Counted from the first letter of the stretch, positions 10,966 to 21,974 are shown. The stretch: DNA of 64,000 bases from Candidatus Marinacidobacterales bacterium (GCA_965224085.1 CBDCYI010000005.1:1856001-1920000); one strand, 5' to 3'. Numbers and translations: made by a program. Notes: a model not told the origin generated them from the letters alone.

Positions 10966-11814
10966 CTAAATGAGGTACTTGAAGCCGAGCACCATAGACC
11001 AGGGATTGATGCCACTGATTTCAGTGTCGCTCGGAATAGGAAGCGGATGCACCTCGTAAGGACTCGTGTCCTCAAGGTCATCGACCCAGATATAGGATGC
11101 CTTCACGCCGACTAGGAGCTTGTCGCCCAAACGATAGTCGACACCGACAAAGATCTGCTTGGAAAGCCCGCTGTCGGACAGATCGACGTCCTGCAGGCTG
11201 TTGTACTCCGCCGCGGGACGACCGTCGCACGGCTGATTGATGCAGGAATATTCGCTGCTGAAGTACAGCCCGGACAACTCCATGAAGGACAGCCCCAGCC
11301 CAACACCCAGATAAGGCATGATCCGGTTTTCCGCGAACGAGAAGTCGTGATAGGCGTTCAGGGACAGCGTGCGCACGGCCAGAGCATCGACTCTAGCTGT
11401 GCTGGTCGACGTATAGTTGCTGTCTTCGTTGGGTAGGACCGGAGACCCATCGAGCAAGGTGATGCCGGTGAATTCTTGCTCGACGTTGTTCGATCGCTGG
11501 GAGGCCGACACCTCCAAGCGCACTTCGCCGAAATCTCGACCGAAGGCAACTTCAAAGGCAGTACCGAGATCGGAGGGCAGGTCGTAAAACCACCGATAGC
11601 CCTCCGGCGTGCCGCTGCAAAGGTCGTTCGGATAACAGATGTTGTCCCGGTTATGGCCGGCCTGCTTCATGACGGGATTCGAGTTCGTACCGCCGCTTGC
11701 GCTCAAGTACCATCCGTAGGACCCCGGCTCTTGACCCGCGCTCCGTTCCGCTCCGCCGAGTACGGCGCAAATCGCAAGGGTGGCTCCGAAGGTCTGCTGC
11801 TTGGACAAATGCAC
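10966..11814 (-). CDS. Outer-membrane beta-barrel protein (opacity/porin-like)
   Basis: Signal peptide, WYLSASGG, RLEVS, SLNAYHDF, PYLGVGLG, terminal LGFKYLI. Confidence 0.75.
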   Translation of the reverse strand: MHLSKQQTFGATLAICAVLGGAERSAGQEPGSYGWYLSASGGTNSNPVMKQAGHNRDNICYPNDLCSGTPEGYRWFYDLPSDLGTAFEVAFGRDFGEVRLEVSASQRSNNVEQEFTGITLLDGSPVLPNEDSNYTSTSTARVDALAVRTLSLNAYHDFSFAENRIMPYLGVGLGLSFMELSGLYFSSEYSCINQPCDGRPAAEYNSLQDVDLSDSGLSKQIFVGVDYRLGDKLLVGVKASYIWVDDLEDTSPYEVHPLPIPSDTEISGINPWSMVLGFKYLI

Positions 11815-12339
11815 TTAAGTCACCTCCAGTTGAGTCCGGTCACCTTATTTGAGGCAACCAAGTTCCCAAGAATCCCGAGAAACGGATCTCACACTATGGA
11901 GCCGGTGAGGGGAGATATCAATCGCCCGACGGGGGGCAGGCCCAAGGTCCCATGATGTATGGTTCTCCTTTTCTGTCCCCATGACGGGGACGGGTTTGAG
12001 CTTGGGGAACCTACATCGTTTTTCTTTGACAGGAATCTTAAGACATCACCCGTTAAAACTGATGTAACCTATTGCACTACACAGTATTCTCCCTATGCCC
12101 GCAACAGTCAATGATGCCAGCACCCGTCGCGCAGCCGTCGGACCGCATCTGTGCGGACGGGACGATCCTCACGCGCAACACACGGCGGCGGGACAACGCC
12201 TGCTTCACCTGGGACATCCGGGTCTAGCGCCGCTTCGCGCTCCGCAACGGCACGGTCGTCGAGCCGATCGGCGAGGGGTTCAACCTGACCAACGCCGAAA
12301 ACTTCGTGGACACGACGGTAGAATCGCTCCTCTCGAGAA

Positions 12340-13006
12340 CCTCAAGCAGCACCTCGTGAATGGGGCCGGATTCTGCCGGAATTTATGGGAGGGCATCGGC
12401 ACCGGCCCGCCGCCGATCACGCAGATGATCTCCTCGATGCTCGGGGGGGACAGGTCGGCGGCAGACATACTTACGGAGGTCGACGGCGACGCCGAGAAGC
12501 TAGAGTATCCGCTCGGCGAGTTCTTCGCTGACGGGCACGACGACTGCGACACTGCCTGCTACCTGTGCCTGCTCCGTTACGGGAATCAACCGTTTCACGG
12601 CATCCTCGATTGGCAGCTCGGTGCCACTTTTCTCCGAGCGCTGGTTGACCCGCAATACCGCTGTGGCCTGGACGGCGACTTTGAGTTCTGGGGCATAGAG
12701 CGCTGGCCCGCCCTGGCACGGCGACTGGCCGAAGAAATGGCTATGCGTTTCTCCGGCGAGATCGCTGAGTTCGCCGGGATTCCCGCGTTTCGCGTGTCGA
12801 CGGGTCGAACGCTTAGCTCATGGGTCCTGGTGGCACACCCGCTGTGGGATTGGGGCGACGAATCCGAAATCGCGAGCGGTACCACCTTGTCGCGGGCCCG
12901 TGAGGACGCGGGAGAGCATGGGGAGCCGCTCTGCTGGGACACGTTTAATCTCTCAAGACGTCAGGTGCGCGTCCGCGAGTGGATTCGGACAACGCCCAGT
13001 GGCTGA
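12340..13006 (+). pseudogene. C-terminal DUF1998 (Zn-binding) region of a large DEAD/DEAH helicase, DruE-like; 5'-truncated
   Basis: LVNGAGFC ... CDTACYLCLLRYGNQPFHGILDWQLG. Sequence upstream (12160-12335) is an unrelated TonB-receptor tail. Confidence 0.75.
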
Positions 13007-14229
13007 TGACCATGAAACCGTCGCGGCTCCCAAGTCCGCTCACGAAGATCGTGGTCCCTGACGAATTTCACCCATCGAGCTTCGCGCAACTCGAACATTG
13101 TCCGTTGTCGGTCTTGGGACTGCTTGGAGCCAACGTTGACGATCTCCTCGTCTCACATCCAGCCGTTTTCCTCGGTATGGTTCTTCATCACGTTCGACAC
13201 GAGGTTCTTGAGGGACGTTGGGCCGAGGCCGGCGATCCCCGACAAGCCGCGCTCGAAGTGTTCAACGAGACGGTAGAAGAAGCAGAAGCCGCTCTGAGAA
13301 GCGACGACGCCACCGCAGGCCTGGTGCCACTGCGTGAGTCGTTGGGTCGTAGAGACTGGAGGTCCAGGACGCGGGATCTGGAACGCTGGGCTGCCAACGT
13401 GACAACGAGCGGGACCAATGAGCTGGCGCGTCCACTGAGAATTAGACGGCGCCCTCCGTCAGCGGCTCCCAGCGAGCCGGCTCACGTCAAAACCGGCTCG
13501 GAAAAGATTCTCGTGAATCCCGACTTGCGACTACGGGGTCGACCTGACTTGTCTGCTCACGCCGACGAGGAGCGCATCGAGGTCGTGGACCTCAAGAGTG
13601 GGTGGATTACTGATGTCGACGGCCAGCTGCTCGACGAGTACGTCGTGCAGGTGCAATTGTACGCGCTGATGCTTGAGGCCGCCTTCCCCGGGACTCGGGT
13701 CACGCCATTCCTGGAACGGATCGAGCGCGTTGAAGTGCCTTGGGGAGAACGAGAACGAGTCCGCGTGACGGAACGGCTTCGGGAAGCTGCCAGCGCGCTG
13801 CCCGCTGGAGCAAGCCTTAAATCCCGAGACCTCGCCCGACCGGGGGTGCACTGCCGCGCATGTCGGCTACGACCGATGTGCCCAGCGTACCTGGACACTG
13901 CACCGACCTGGTGGCCGGACAGCCGCGGGAATCCGCGGCCCATGCCGCTCGACGTCTGGGGAGAAATAGTGAGTATCCAGGCAGAAGATGAGGGCGTAAG
14001 CGTGCGGCTCATTGATGTGGCAGGCAGGCGCGTTCGTGTCGACGGCATTAGTCGATCTCACGGTGTGGAAGTGCTGAGCGACGGTGATACCGTCTGGTTC
14101 TTCGATCTCGAAGCATCGGAGGACTTGAGCCAGCACGGCGCCCTGGTGCAGCCGCGCAACTTCCACGAGCGTCCACCCGGCCCGCGATGGCGACGAGCTC
14201 GGCGAGTGCGAGTCTTCTGCCCCGGATGA
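13006..14229 (+). CDS. PD-(D/E)XK RecB/Cas4-like nuclease
   Basis: PSSFAQLEHCP, GMVLH, LRGRPD, VVDLKSG, QVQLYA, HCRACRLRPMC. TGATG coupling to the helicase stop. Confidence 0.85.
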   Translation: MTMKPSRLPSPLTKIVVPDEFHPSSFAQLEHCPLSVLGLLGANVDDLLVSHPAVFLGMVLHHVRHEVLEGRWAEAGDPRQAALEVFNETVEEAEAALRSDDATAGLVPLRESLGRRDWRSRTRDLERWAANVTTSGTNELARPLRIRRRPPSAAPSEPAHVKTGSEKILVNPDLRLRGRPDLSAHADEERIEVVDLKSGWITDVDGQLLDEYVVQVQLYALMLEAAFPGTRVTPFLERIERVEVPWGERERVRVTERLREAASALPAGASLKSRDLARPGVHCRACRLRPMCPAYLDTAPTWWPDSRGNPRPMPLDVWGEIVSIQAEDEGVSVRLIDVAGRRVRVDGISRSHGVEVLSDGDTVWFFDLEASEDLSQHGALVQPRNFHERPPGPRWRRARRVRVFCPG

Positions 14230-14553
14230 TCGCGCCGAACTCCTATCCGATGGTCGATCGCGTTTAACGCAACTATCGTTGTTTGTGAAGACCTGTCGAT
14301 CTCGACTCGTTTTCAGGCCGCACGAAAACCCGACTGGGCGCCGCACTCCTAAAGGCCTCCCGTAGAATCACGCCAACCGCCGATGAGACTTGCGCGTATG
14401 GTGCAAATAGTACGTCGAGCTCGACGTCGGCCTGTGGAGGGTCGATGACCGGATCTGCGCGAACGCGAGGATTCGATGGGCCGCCAGCCGAGGTCAATGC
14501 CACGACGATACGAAACCCACGGGGCGGCTCGGACGGCAGTCGAACGTATCTAC

Positions 14554-14770
14554 TCAGGCAGCCGCACGATAGTAATAACGAAGTAGGCCGCCGAGTCGCT
14601 CGCGGCACTCGACGCTGCGCCCATCCGCGTCCTGGGGAAAATCGTCTAGCAAACGGTTGCCGAGACCCTGGTGATTCCTCTCACGCAGATAATGGAGACG
14701 ATATTCGCGGAGAGCGCGTTCCAACGCATTCCGGCCAAACAAGACCATCCTGTTCAGGCTGTGCTCCGCA
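14554..14770 (-). mobile_element. rve integrase-type transposase 3' fragment
   Basis: [13 protein letters not shown]...CRERLGGLLRYYYRAAA. Confidence 0.8.
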
Positions 14771-15129
14771 AAAAAGTCGATCCAGCGTTGATTGCGCGGT
14801 TTAGACCTGCCATGTTTGGCTGCTTCGTGCCGCCCGCCTCTCCCGTCGGCGCAAACGCTCCTTTCGGAAATCAGGATTCGAGACCGAGACCGAAAATGAG
14901 GCTTGTTCCGCACTTCCTGCGCGTGTCGCGAACGGCACACTTCGGGTAAGAGCAGTCGCAAGGTTCGCGCACCAAATCGAGCAGTTTTGGTGTTGGAGGT
15001 TTCGAGCGCGGGTTGTCGCTGAGCCCGAGCGTGGAGGTTGGGTACTCCGAGACGGGAGCGGGTGTGGACATTGGCGCCAAGTAGTGACCGAGGCACACGG
15101 GCTGTGCGCCGGGGAAGATCCATAGGAGG

Positions 15130-16290
15130 TCCGGGCCCTGGTTGAGGTCCAATCCGAGACAAGTAAAGACATGAAGGACGCTCAGTCGCACCTGGACCAG
15201 AACGTGCTAGGGCAGCTACGCGGCAGTAGCCCTGGCCTCGATTCTGGACCCCTCGGGTGGGCCTCTTTTCCGACGCCGGACGGCCCTGTCAGCGGCCCGC
15301 TTCTCCCCTTTGGCGCAAACGTGGCACTCGAAAATCGGGATTAGAGACGAAAACCGAAAATGAGGCTCGTTCCGCCCTTCTAGCGCGTCTCTGGTGACAC
15401 CTATCTCCGTAAAACCCCGCCAACCGCGCGGAAAATCTCATCCGTCTCTGCAGTGCCACAATTGGCCAGACTGGGTGGCGGATGGTGCAGTCTGGAGCCA
15501 TCCGGTCTCGGCAAGAAGTGGTCCAGCTTGGGCGGAATGTTGGACCAGGGAATCAGTTGTCAATGGCGGTAATCACCCGCTGGCCCAACAAGTAGGTCAT
15601 CTGGCCTTCGTCGGAAGTCGCTTCTTTCCAGGCCGTTTCTTGGGCCAGCGGCCCGTGCGTACGATGGTCGGGGGGTGCTCGTTATTGTTTCGACAGATGG
15701 CGTTCGAAGTGATCGGCTTGCCTTGGCGAGCTTGGGCGACACGCTGTGCCTTCTATCTATTCATCCGCGCGCGCCGAACTTGATTAGTCTCCGCTCTGCC
15801 GGCACCATGCTGGCATGATTTCGTCGTTCGCTCACGCCTTGGCGGACCTAGTTGAGGTCCAATTCGAGAGCAAGATAAGGACATCAAGGAGGCCCAGGCG
15901 CACCTGGACCAGAACGTGCTAGGCCAGCTACACCGTGGTAGCCCTGGCCTCGATTCTGGGCCGCTCGGGTGGCCTCTTTTCCGCTGCCGCAGGGCCCGGT
16001 TCGCGGCCCTCTCCCTCCTTTGGCGCGAACTTGTCCCTCGAAAATCGAGATTAGAGACCAAATCCGAAAATGAGGCCCGTTCCGCCCTTCTAGCGCGTCT
16101 CTGGTGCCACCTAATCCTGGAAAACCCCGCCAACCGCGCGGAAAACCTCACCCGTCTCTGCAGGGCCACAATAGGCCAGACTGGGTGGCGGATGGTGCAG
16201 GTTGGAGCTATCCGGTCTCGGCAAAAGGTGGTCCAGCTTTTGGCGGAAATCCTCAAACAGAAAAGCCAGTGGAGATTCAGGAGGTTTCGA
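15130..16290 (+). repeat. Two adjacent copies of a 300-450 bp non-coding repeat; third copy at 24975-25275
   Basis: Shared blocks GAAAATGAGGCYCGTTCCGCCCTTCTAGCGCGTCTCTGGTG and GGCCAGACTGGGTGGCGGATGG. The second copy starts at a TGTGCCTTCTAT end (15746). Confidence 0.8.
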
Positions 16291-16323
16291 GTTTTTCCTA
16301 CCGTACACGGGGTTCTTCGCTCA

Positions 16324-16712
16324 CGTCGTGGCTGACCCTAGCACCCGGCAACAAGATCTCGGGCGGCCGCGTGCTGAGTTCGAAGTCGCGTCGGTCCTCG
16401 AATCGCGCCGCCGCGCTCTTTCGTATCGCTGCGGTGAACGTTGGGCGAACGCAGACCGCCCTTGGAGCATTCTACCGTCGAGTGGGCGCACGAGTCGGCA
16501 AGGCGAAGGCAGTGACCGCGACAGCGAGAAAGTTAGCAGTGCTGTTCTACAACGCCGTTCGCTTCGGACTCGCCTATGTCGATCCTGGCACCGACTACTA
16601 CGAGAGACATTATCAGGAGAGGGTCCTCCACAACCTCCAGCGTCGCGCTCGTCAATTAGTCTACACGTTGGTAGAGACGGCTGCATCGAGTCCGCACACC
16701 GGAGTTTCTTAG
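16324..16712 (+). mobile_element. IS110-family transposase C-terminal fragment
   Basis: SWLTLAPGNKISGG...KAVTATARKLAVLFY. Confidence 0.85.
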
Positions 16713-17949
16713 GAAAGCCTCCGAGCTCCTGGGGATCCCCCTGAACCCGATCGACGACGACGATAACGATTGATCGTGGCGGCCGAGGAGCTGGCGGGTC
16801 GGATTGGACAAACGGCGGAAGCTTGCGAGGCGCTGGGCGTGTCTCGTTCCACGTTGTATCGTCGACGCCGACCGGTGACGTCCAAGCCGAAGCGCCGTCC
16901 TCGGCCGCAGCGAGCCCTCGACACGACCGAGCGCGAGAGGGTCCTCAGTGCATTGCATTGCGAACGGTTCGTCGACAAGGCGCCGGCCCAGGTGTGGGCC
17001 ACGCTTCTGGACGAGGGAATCTACCATTGTTCGATCCGCACGATGTACCGGATTCTGTCGGAGCACGGAGAGGTGCGTGAGCGCCGGAACCAGCTGCGGC
17101 ATCCGAACTATCAGAAGCCGGAGCTCGTGGCGGAAGCGCCGAACCATGTTTGGTCGTGGGACATAACGAAGCTGCGCGGCCCGGTCAAGTGGACCTACTT
17201 TTACCTCTACGTGATTCTCGACATCTTCTCCCGGTACGTGACCGGGTGGATGTTGGCTCGGCGAGAAAGCGCCGAGCTCGCCCGTCGTCTCATCAGCGAG
17301 AGCTGCCTCAAGCAGAACATCGAAGCCGACCAGCTCACCATCCACGCAGACCGCGGCAGCTCGATGCGAAGCAAGTCCGTCGCCTTGCTCCTGGCCGACC
17401 TCGGCATAACCAAGACGCACTCGCGGCCGTACGTCTCGAACGATAATCCCTACTCCGAGTCCCAGTTCAAGACGATGAAGTATTGCCCTGAATTCCCAAG
17501 CCGCTTTGGCTGTCTGGAAGACGGCCGCCTGTTCTGCGGCGGTTTCTTCGACTACTACAACAACGCGCACCGGCACTCGGGACTGGGGCTCATGACGCCG
17601 GCCGCCGTTCACTACGGTCGCGCCGACGAGCTCAACGCCGCCCGGCACCAGGTCCTTCTCGAAGCTCATCGGGCTCACCCCGAGCGCTTCGTGCACGGAA
17701 CACCTCAACCTCCGGTTTTGCCTCGTCAGGTCTGGATCAACCCGCCGCCCGAGAAAACGACGCCACAGGAGGCCCTAGGAGCCACTTTCTCGGGGCGCCC
17801 CATACCTGAGCTACCCCCGGATTCAAGCTATCCGGACGCGATCGCGTCGGAACCCAATCGCGACCGCACCGCGCTCACGCCCCGTCCTTCACTGATCGAG
17901 GCTCACTAAATGCAGCCTGCGGGTGTCTCAAAGTCGTTGACACGTTCCG
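16713..17949 (+). mobile_element. IS3-family element: orfA tail, orfB 16770-17909 and right end
   Basis: PNHVWSWDITKL, HADRGSSM, DNPYSESQFKTMKY; end GTGTCTCAAAGTCGTTGACA. Confidence 0.9.
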
Positions 17950-18217
17950 CCGGGCCAAGGGCGTGCAATTCCTACTCCTCGTTCTGGCTGGCTGGCTCAA
18001 CCGCCAGGAGCAGGATGTGATCGACTACCTGCGAGAGGAGAACCGTGTGCTCCGATCCGGTGCGCGCGGATGAATAAATAGAAGGCACAGGTGCCATGGG
18101 TCAGGCGAAGATGTCCAGAGCCGCTTGGCGACGTGGGGCGTCTAAACCCGTTGTGATAAGCTCCCGGGTTGTAAATGAGTTCTCGGAAGACAAGGAGCGA
18201 TCAGGAGGTAAGACCCT

Positions 18218-18448
18218 TTGGCAAGACGAAGTAATGTTCACGTATCCAAGGACGGGGGACGGTGGAAGGTGACTCAGCGAGGCTCGAAGCTCTCGTCGCA
18301 CAACAAACAATCGAATGCTATACAGGCGGGCCGGCGAGAAGCGAGGCGTGATGCTGTCGACCTAGTGATCCACAGCCGAGATGGAAGAATTCGGTCTAAA
18401 GATAGTTATGGGCGGGATCCGTTTCCGCCAAGGGATCGAGAACATTAA
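18218..18448 (+). CDS. DUF2188-family small protein
   Basis: NVHVSKDGGRWKV...QSNAIQAGRREAR...VIHSRDGRIRSKDSYGRDPFPP; AGGAGG RBS. Confidence 0.85.
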   Translation: MARRSNVHVSKDGGRWKVTQRGSKLSSHNKQSNAIQAGRREARRDAVDLVIHSRDGRIRSKDSYGRDPFPPRDREH

Positions 18449-18495
18449 GTCAGTCATCGAGGAGCTTTGTGAGAAGCTGCTGAGATGAGGACTTT

Positions 18496-18987
18496 GTGGT
18501 GTGGCGGCCTTTAGCCTCGGCGCGATCGCCACGCGGGCGACGCTCCAAGCTTCATCTCGATGAATCGGTTCCACGGAGTGTTGAGAGACTGCTCGACCAT
18601 CACGGTTACCGCTTCAGTACTTCCAGGCGGCGTCGCCTAACCGGACACTCCGACGCAGACCATGCAGCCCTGTGTTGGAGAGAGCGACGCACACTGGTCA
18701 CATTTGATTTCGATTTCTTCGAACCGCAGAAGGTTCCTCGCCATCGAACACCGGCAACCGTGATTCTAGACTGCGATCGCCAACGCGAACAGAAAGTGGC
18801 CTCCGCTGTAAATGCCATGGCCACCTACGAACGCCTTGTTGGTGCGGTTCAGCAGCGAACAAGATTGATCGTTAGGTCTGACGGGGAAGTGTCCGTTTGG
18901 AGAAGCGCGCAACCGTACGAGCCCCCCGACGAACGATATCGGTTCAGGCCGAATCGTCCACCCCTCATGTGGAGGAAATCGTCGTAG
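18496..18987 (+). CDS. PIN-domain protein (DUF5615/VapC45-like)
   Basis: KLHLDESVP...GHSDADH...RTLVTFDFDF acidic PIN pattern. Confidence 0.75.
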   Translation: MVWRPLASARSPRGRRSKLHLDESVPRSVERLLDHHGYRFSTSRRRRLTGHSDADHAALCWRERRTLVTFDFDFFEPQKVPRHRTPATVILDCDRQREQKVASAVNAMATYERLVGAVQQRTRLIVRSDGEVSVWRSAQPYEPPDERYRFRPNRPPLMWRKSS

Positions 18988-19193
18988 ATGCGACCCCTTG
19001 ACTTGCCAAAGCGATGATCGCTTGGATTGTACAAGCGGAAACGAACGTTCAGAGTTTCAGGCATGACTGTTCTGGCTACACGCCGCCTCACTCCTCGACC
19101 CCTGTGGCCCTGACGATGAGAGAACTGTGTCTTCAGAATTCTGGTTCAAACTCTAGCACGCAGGCCAGTTACGGGCTGGCCGCCAACACTTAA

Positions 19194-19382
19194 CCCTAAT
19201 CGCAAATAAACGTCACCGTGTCTGAGGTCTTTGGCCCCGTGAATAGCACCTTTTCCAGGTTCTGCATACACCGTGCAGAATCACCTATAGTGGCGGCGAG
19301 CGGGTGCCCCAGCACGAGCTTCTCGCCTGCGCCCAGTGCGGCTGTTTCGCGTTTTCGTGCTTCGAAGATTTTGCGATTAGGG
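19194..19382 (+). mobile_element. 189-bp MITE copy 1 (TTAA-flanked)
   Basis: TTAA|CCCTAATCGCAAA...TTTGCGATTAGGG|TTAA. Confidence 0.9.
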
Positions 19383-19541
19383 TTAATTATCACAGGTAAA
19401 CCCCCGGCTGGTCCGGTTCGCAAACACAGATACTAAGCTGCTGATTTATAGTCTATTTCAAAAGGGCCGAGTTTTGGCACAGGACTCCATCCTCTCAAGA
19501 GTTGGAGTCTCCGGGAAACCTGTGACGGTTCAATACACCTA

Positions 19542-19985
19542 TCAGGGCGACCCTGTGCCATTGCCAAGAGGAGGCGTGGGTAGCATCGCCCAGCTAATGC
19601 ACCGCTCGGCATCATCAAGCCAACTTGCCGCACCGGGATCCTTAAGCAGGGGTAGTCCAAGCTTGACCAGACAACAAGGCAAGTCCAACTCCTCCGGTAG
19701 CTCCGTCCCCAACCAGCGCACGCCCTTTGCTGCGCCCTCAATCATCCAGGCTGTCACGCACTGAACCATGACCCGGTGCTCGGGTCCCTGGATGAGCCAG
19801 CCCACTGCGCCGAGCCAAGTGTTCCTGATGCTTAGAAAGTGTTCGGGGAATCCGGGTAACGGCACCGCATGCCCGCGGGTGGCCACCTCGATGTTGGACC
19901 GCGACGCAGCCAACGTCTCGGAGCGAATATCCGAGCGTCGCGTCTGGAACACGTGGCGCGTCGATAGGTGGTAGTGGTGCATCAT
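19542..19985 (-). CDS. Uncharacterised protein, paralogue of 40673-41116
   Basis: Shares VPLPGFP, LSIRNTWxGAVGWL, PCCLVK and LDDAERCISWA with the second copy. The ORF could start at 20123. Confidence 0.7.
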   Translation of the reverse strand: MMHHYHLSTRHVFQTRRSDIRSETLAASRSNIEVATRGHAVPLPGFPEHFLSIRNTWLGAVGWLIQGPEHRVMVQCVTAWMIEGAAKGVRWLGTELPEELDLPCCLVKLGLPLLKDPGAASWLDDAERCISWAMLPTPPLGNGTGSP

Positions 19986-20164
19986 CGACTCGCTGGCGAA
20001 GGACTGTTCAAGGGTAGCAACCCGTTCGCCAACATCTCCCTCGCCCGTTGGCACCTCCTGTGCTCCGCAAAAAGTCGATCCAGGCGGTACGCGATCTTCT
20101 TTTTTGCGGATCACAGGTTTCATGCACTAACGCCTATCCCCTGTCTCAGTTCTATTGCCGTCCA

Positions 20165-20905
20165 TTACTTTGCGCGGTCTTCCTGGGATTGCGAATCGCC
20201 ATCGTCTACCTCTGGCTCAGAAGTCTCCGGCTCAGCAGCCTCCGGCTCAGCAGCCTCAGGCTCAGCAGCCTCAGGCTCAGCAGCCTCAGGCTCAGAAGTC
20301 TCCGGCTCAGCAGCCTCAGGCTCAGAAGTCTCCGGCTCAGCAGCCTCAGGCTCAGAAGTCTCCGGCTCAGCAGCCTCAGGCTCAGAAGTCTCCGGCTCAG
20401 CAGCCTCAGGCTCAGAAGTCTCCGGCTCAGCAGCCTCAGGCTCAGAAGTCTCCGGCTCAGCAGCCTCAGGCTCAGCAGCCTCCGGCTCAGAAGCCTCTGG
20501 CTCAGCAACCTCTGGCTCAGAAGCCTCTGGCTCAGAAGCCTCCGGCTCAGAAGCCTCCGGCTCAGCAGCCTCCGGCTCAGAAGTCTCTGGTTCAGCAGCC
20601 TCCGGCTCAGCAGTCTCTGGTTCAGCAGCCTCTGGTTCGGCAGCCTCTGACTCAGCAGCCTCTGGCTCGGCAGCCTCTGGCCCAGCAGCCTCTGGTTCAG
20701 CAGCCTCCGGCTCAGCAGCCTCCGGCTCAGCAGCCTCCGGTTCAGCAGCCTCCGGTTCAGCAGCCTCTGGCCCAGCAGCCTCCGGCTCAGCAGCCTCCGG
20801 CTCAGCAAGAACAGTAGTAATTCGTGAATTTAGCTCATGCAGCTGCTTCTCCAACTGTGCTACAAACTCCGATATCAACTCGGCAATCATTCTATTGTCT
20901 TTCAT
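20165..20905 (-). CDS. Acidic pentapeptide-repeat protein ([10 protein letters not shown], about 39 units)
   Basis: GGAGG RBS; 34-aa N-terminal helix and 17-aa tail conserved with 41537-42226. Confidence 0.7.
   Translation of the reverse strand: MKDNRMIAELISEFVAQLEKQLHELNSRITTVLAEPEAAEPEAAGPEAAEPEAAEPEAAEPEAAEPEAAEPEAAGPEAAEPEAAESEAAEPEAAEPETAEPEAAEPETSEPEAAEPEASEPEASEPEASEPEVAEPEASEPEAAEPEAAEPETSEPEAAEPETSEPEAAEPETSEPEAAEPETSEPEAAEPETSEPEAAEPETSEPEAAEPEAAEPEAAEPEAAEPETSEPEVDDGDSQSQEDRAK
20206..20808. repeat. 15-bp tandem repeat with 30-bp higher-order period
   Basis: Variants of GGCTCAGCAGCCTCC; units GGCTCAGAAGTCTCC and GGCTCAGCAGCCTCA alternate. Confidence 0.97.
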
Positions 20906-21220
20906 TGAAACCTCCCAAGTTCCTGGCTTTTCTCAACTCCGTGGACACGTTGCATCGGTTTCCGGACCCAAGAATCTATCACGCGGATCGGTGCGGGTTC
21001 AATAACTCCGAGGACTCCTCAACATTGAACCCGTCGTTCATCGAGCGGTTAAATCTGACCATCCGGCAAAGCTCGGCATACCTTTCGAGACGAACGCTTT
21101 CCCACGCTCGCTCGACGGAGAGGCTCGATGAGCATCGGTCCGACCGGTACGCCATCAGTTGGAAGGGTATCGTCGCAGCCTCTGTTGGAAGGGAAGAAGG
21201 AAAACACGAAAGTGGAGCCT

Positions 21221-21790
21221 CTATGCGGCCGCGGGCACCGACTGGAATTCACTCTCGCGGGTGGAGACGGCCCAGACTATCTGGGCGAGTTTGTTGGCGA
21301 CAGCAATCGCGGCTTTGTTGTGTCCCCGCGAGCGGTGGACCTTCCGCGCCCAGGCGCGGAGCTTGTCGGGCGGGCTCTTGCTGACGTTGGCCGCTCGGAG
21401 CACGGCGCGTCCGCCCCGCGTGAGGAGCGTACGGAGGTAGGAGTCGCCACGCTTGGTGATGCGCCCGAGGCGGCGAATGTCACCACTGGAGTTCTCTTTG
21501 GGAACGAGGCCGAGGTAACTCGAGAAGCGGCGTCCCGATGGGAAGCGGCGCAGATCCCCAACGAAGCCGACGATGGCGGTCGCGGTCAGAAGTCCGATGC
21601 CGGGAATGGTGAGAAGTCGTTGCACCTCAGGAAGCTGCTTGGCGAGCGCCTTGAGCTCGTGCTCGATGCCAGCGCACTTGTCCTTGAGCTCTCGAATCTC
21701 GGAGCACGCATCACGCAGGTGCGGACGGAGCACGTCGGGCAAATCAGAATCAGCGTCTTCGACGAGCTCGGAGATGGCGGGCACGACGAA
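21221..21790 (-). mobile_element. IS110/IS1111-type transposase C-terminal fragment
   Basis: LLTIPGIGLLTATA, SYLGLVPKENSSG, GRITKRGDSYLR, AVANKLA. Confidence 0.9.
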
Positions 21791-21974
21791 GTGAGCGCTG
21801 TACCTTCTATTTATTCATCCGCGCGCCCCAAACCTGATCGGTCTCCGATCTGCCGGGGCTATGCCTGCATGATTTCGTCGTTTGTTCGCGCTCGGCCCTG
21901 GGCACGGCCGCAAACACAGACTCTAAGTTGCTGATTTATGGGCTATTTCAAAAGGGCTGAGTTTTGGCACAGGA

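Noticed and set aside
20206-20808. 15-bp repeats (also 41580-42128) as a CRISPR array
   Set aside because: Contiguous degenerate tandem units with no unique spacers; this is a coding VNTR.
19968-21005. Alternative-frame ORFs over the repeats (SGSAA, QQPPA, LLSRR, SSLRL)
   Set aside because: Open only because the repeat lacks stops. Only the EPEAA frame has an RBS and termini conserved in both paralogues.
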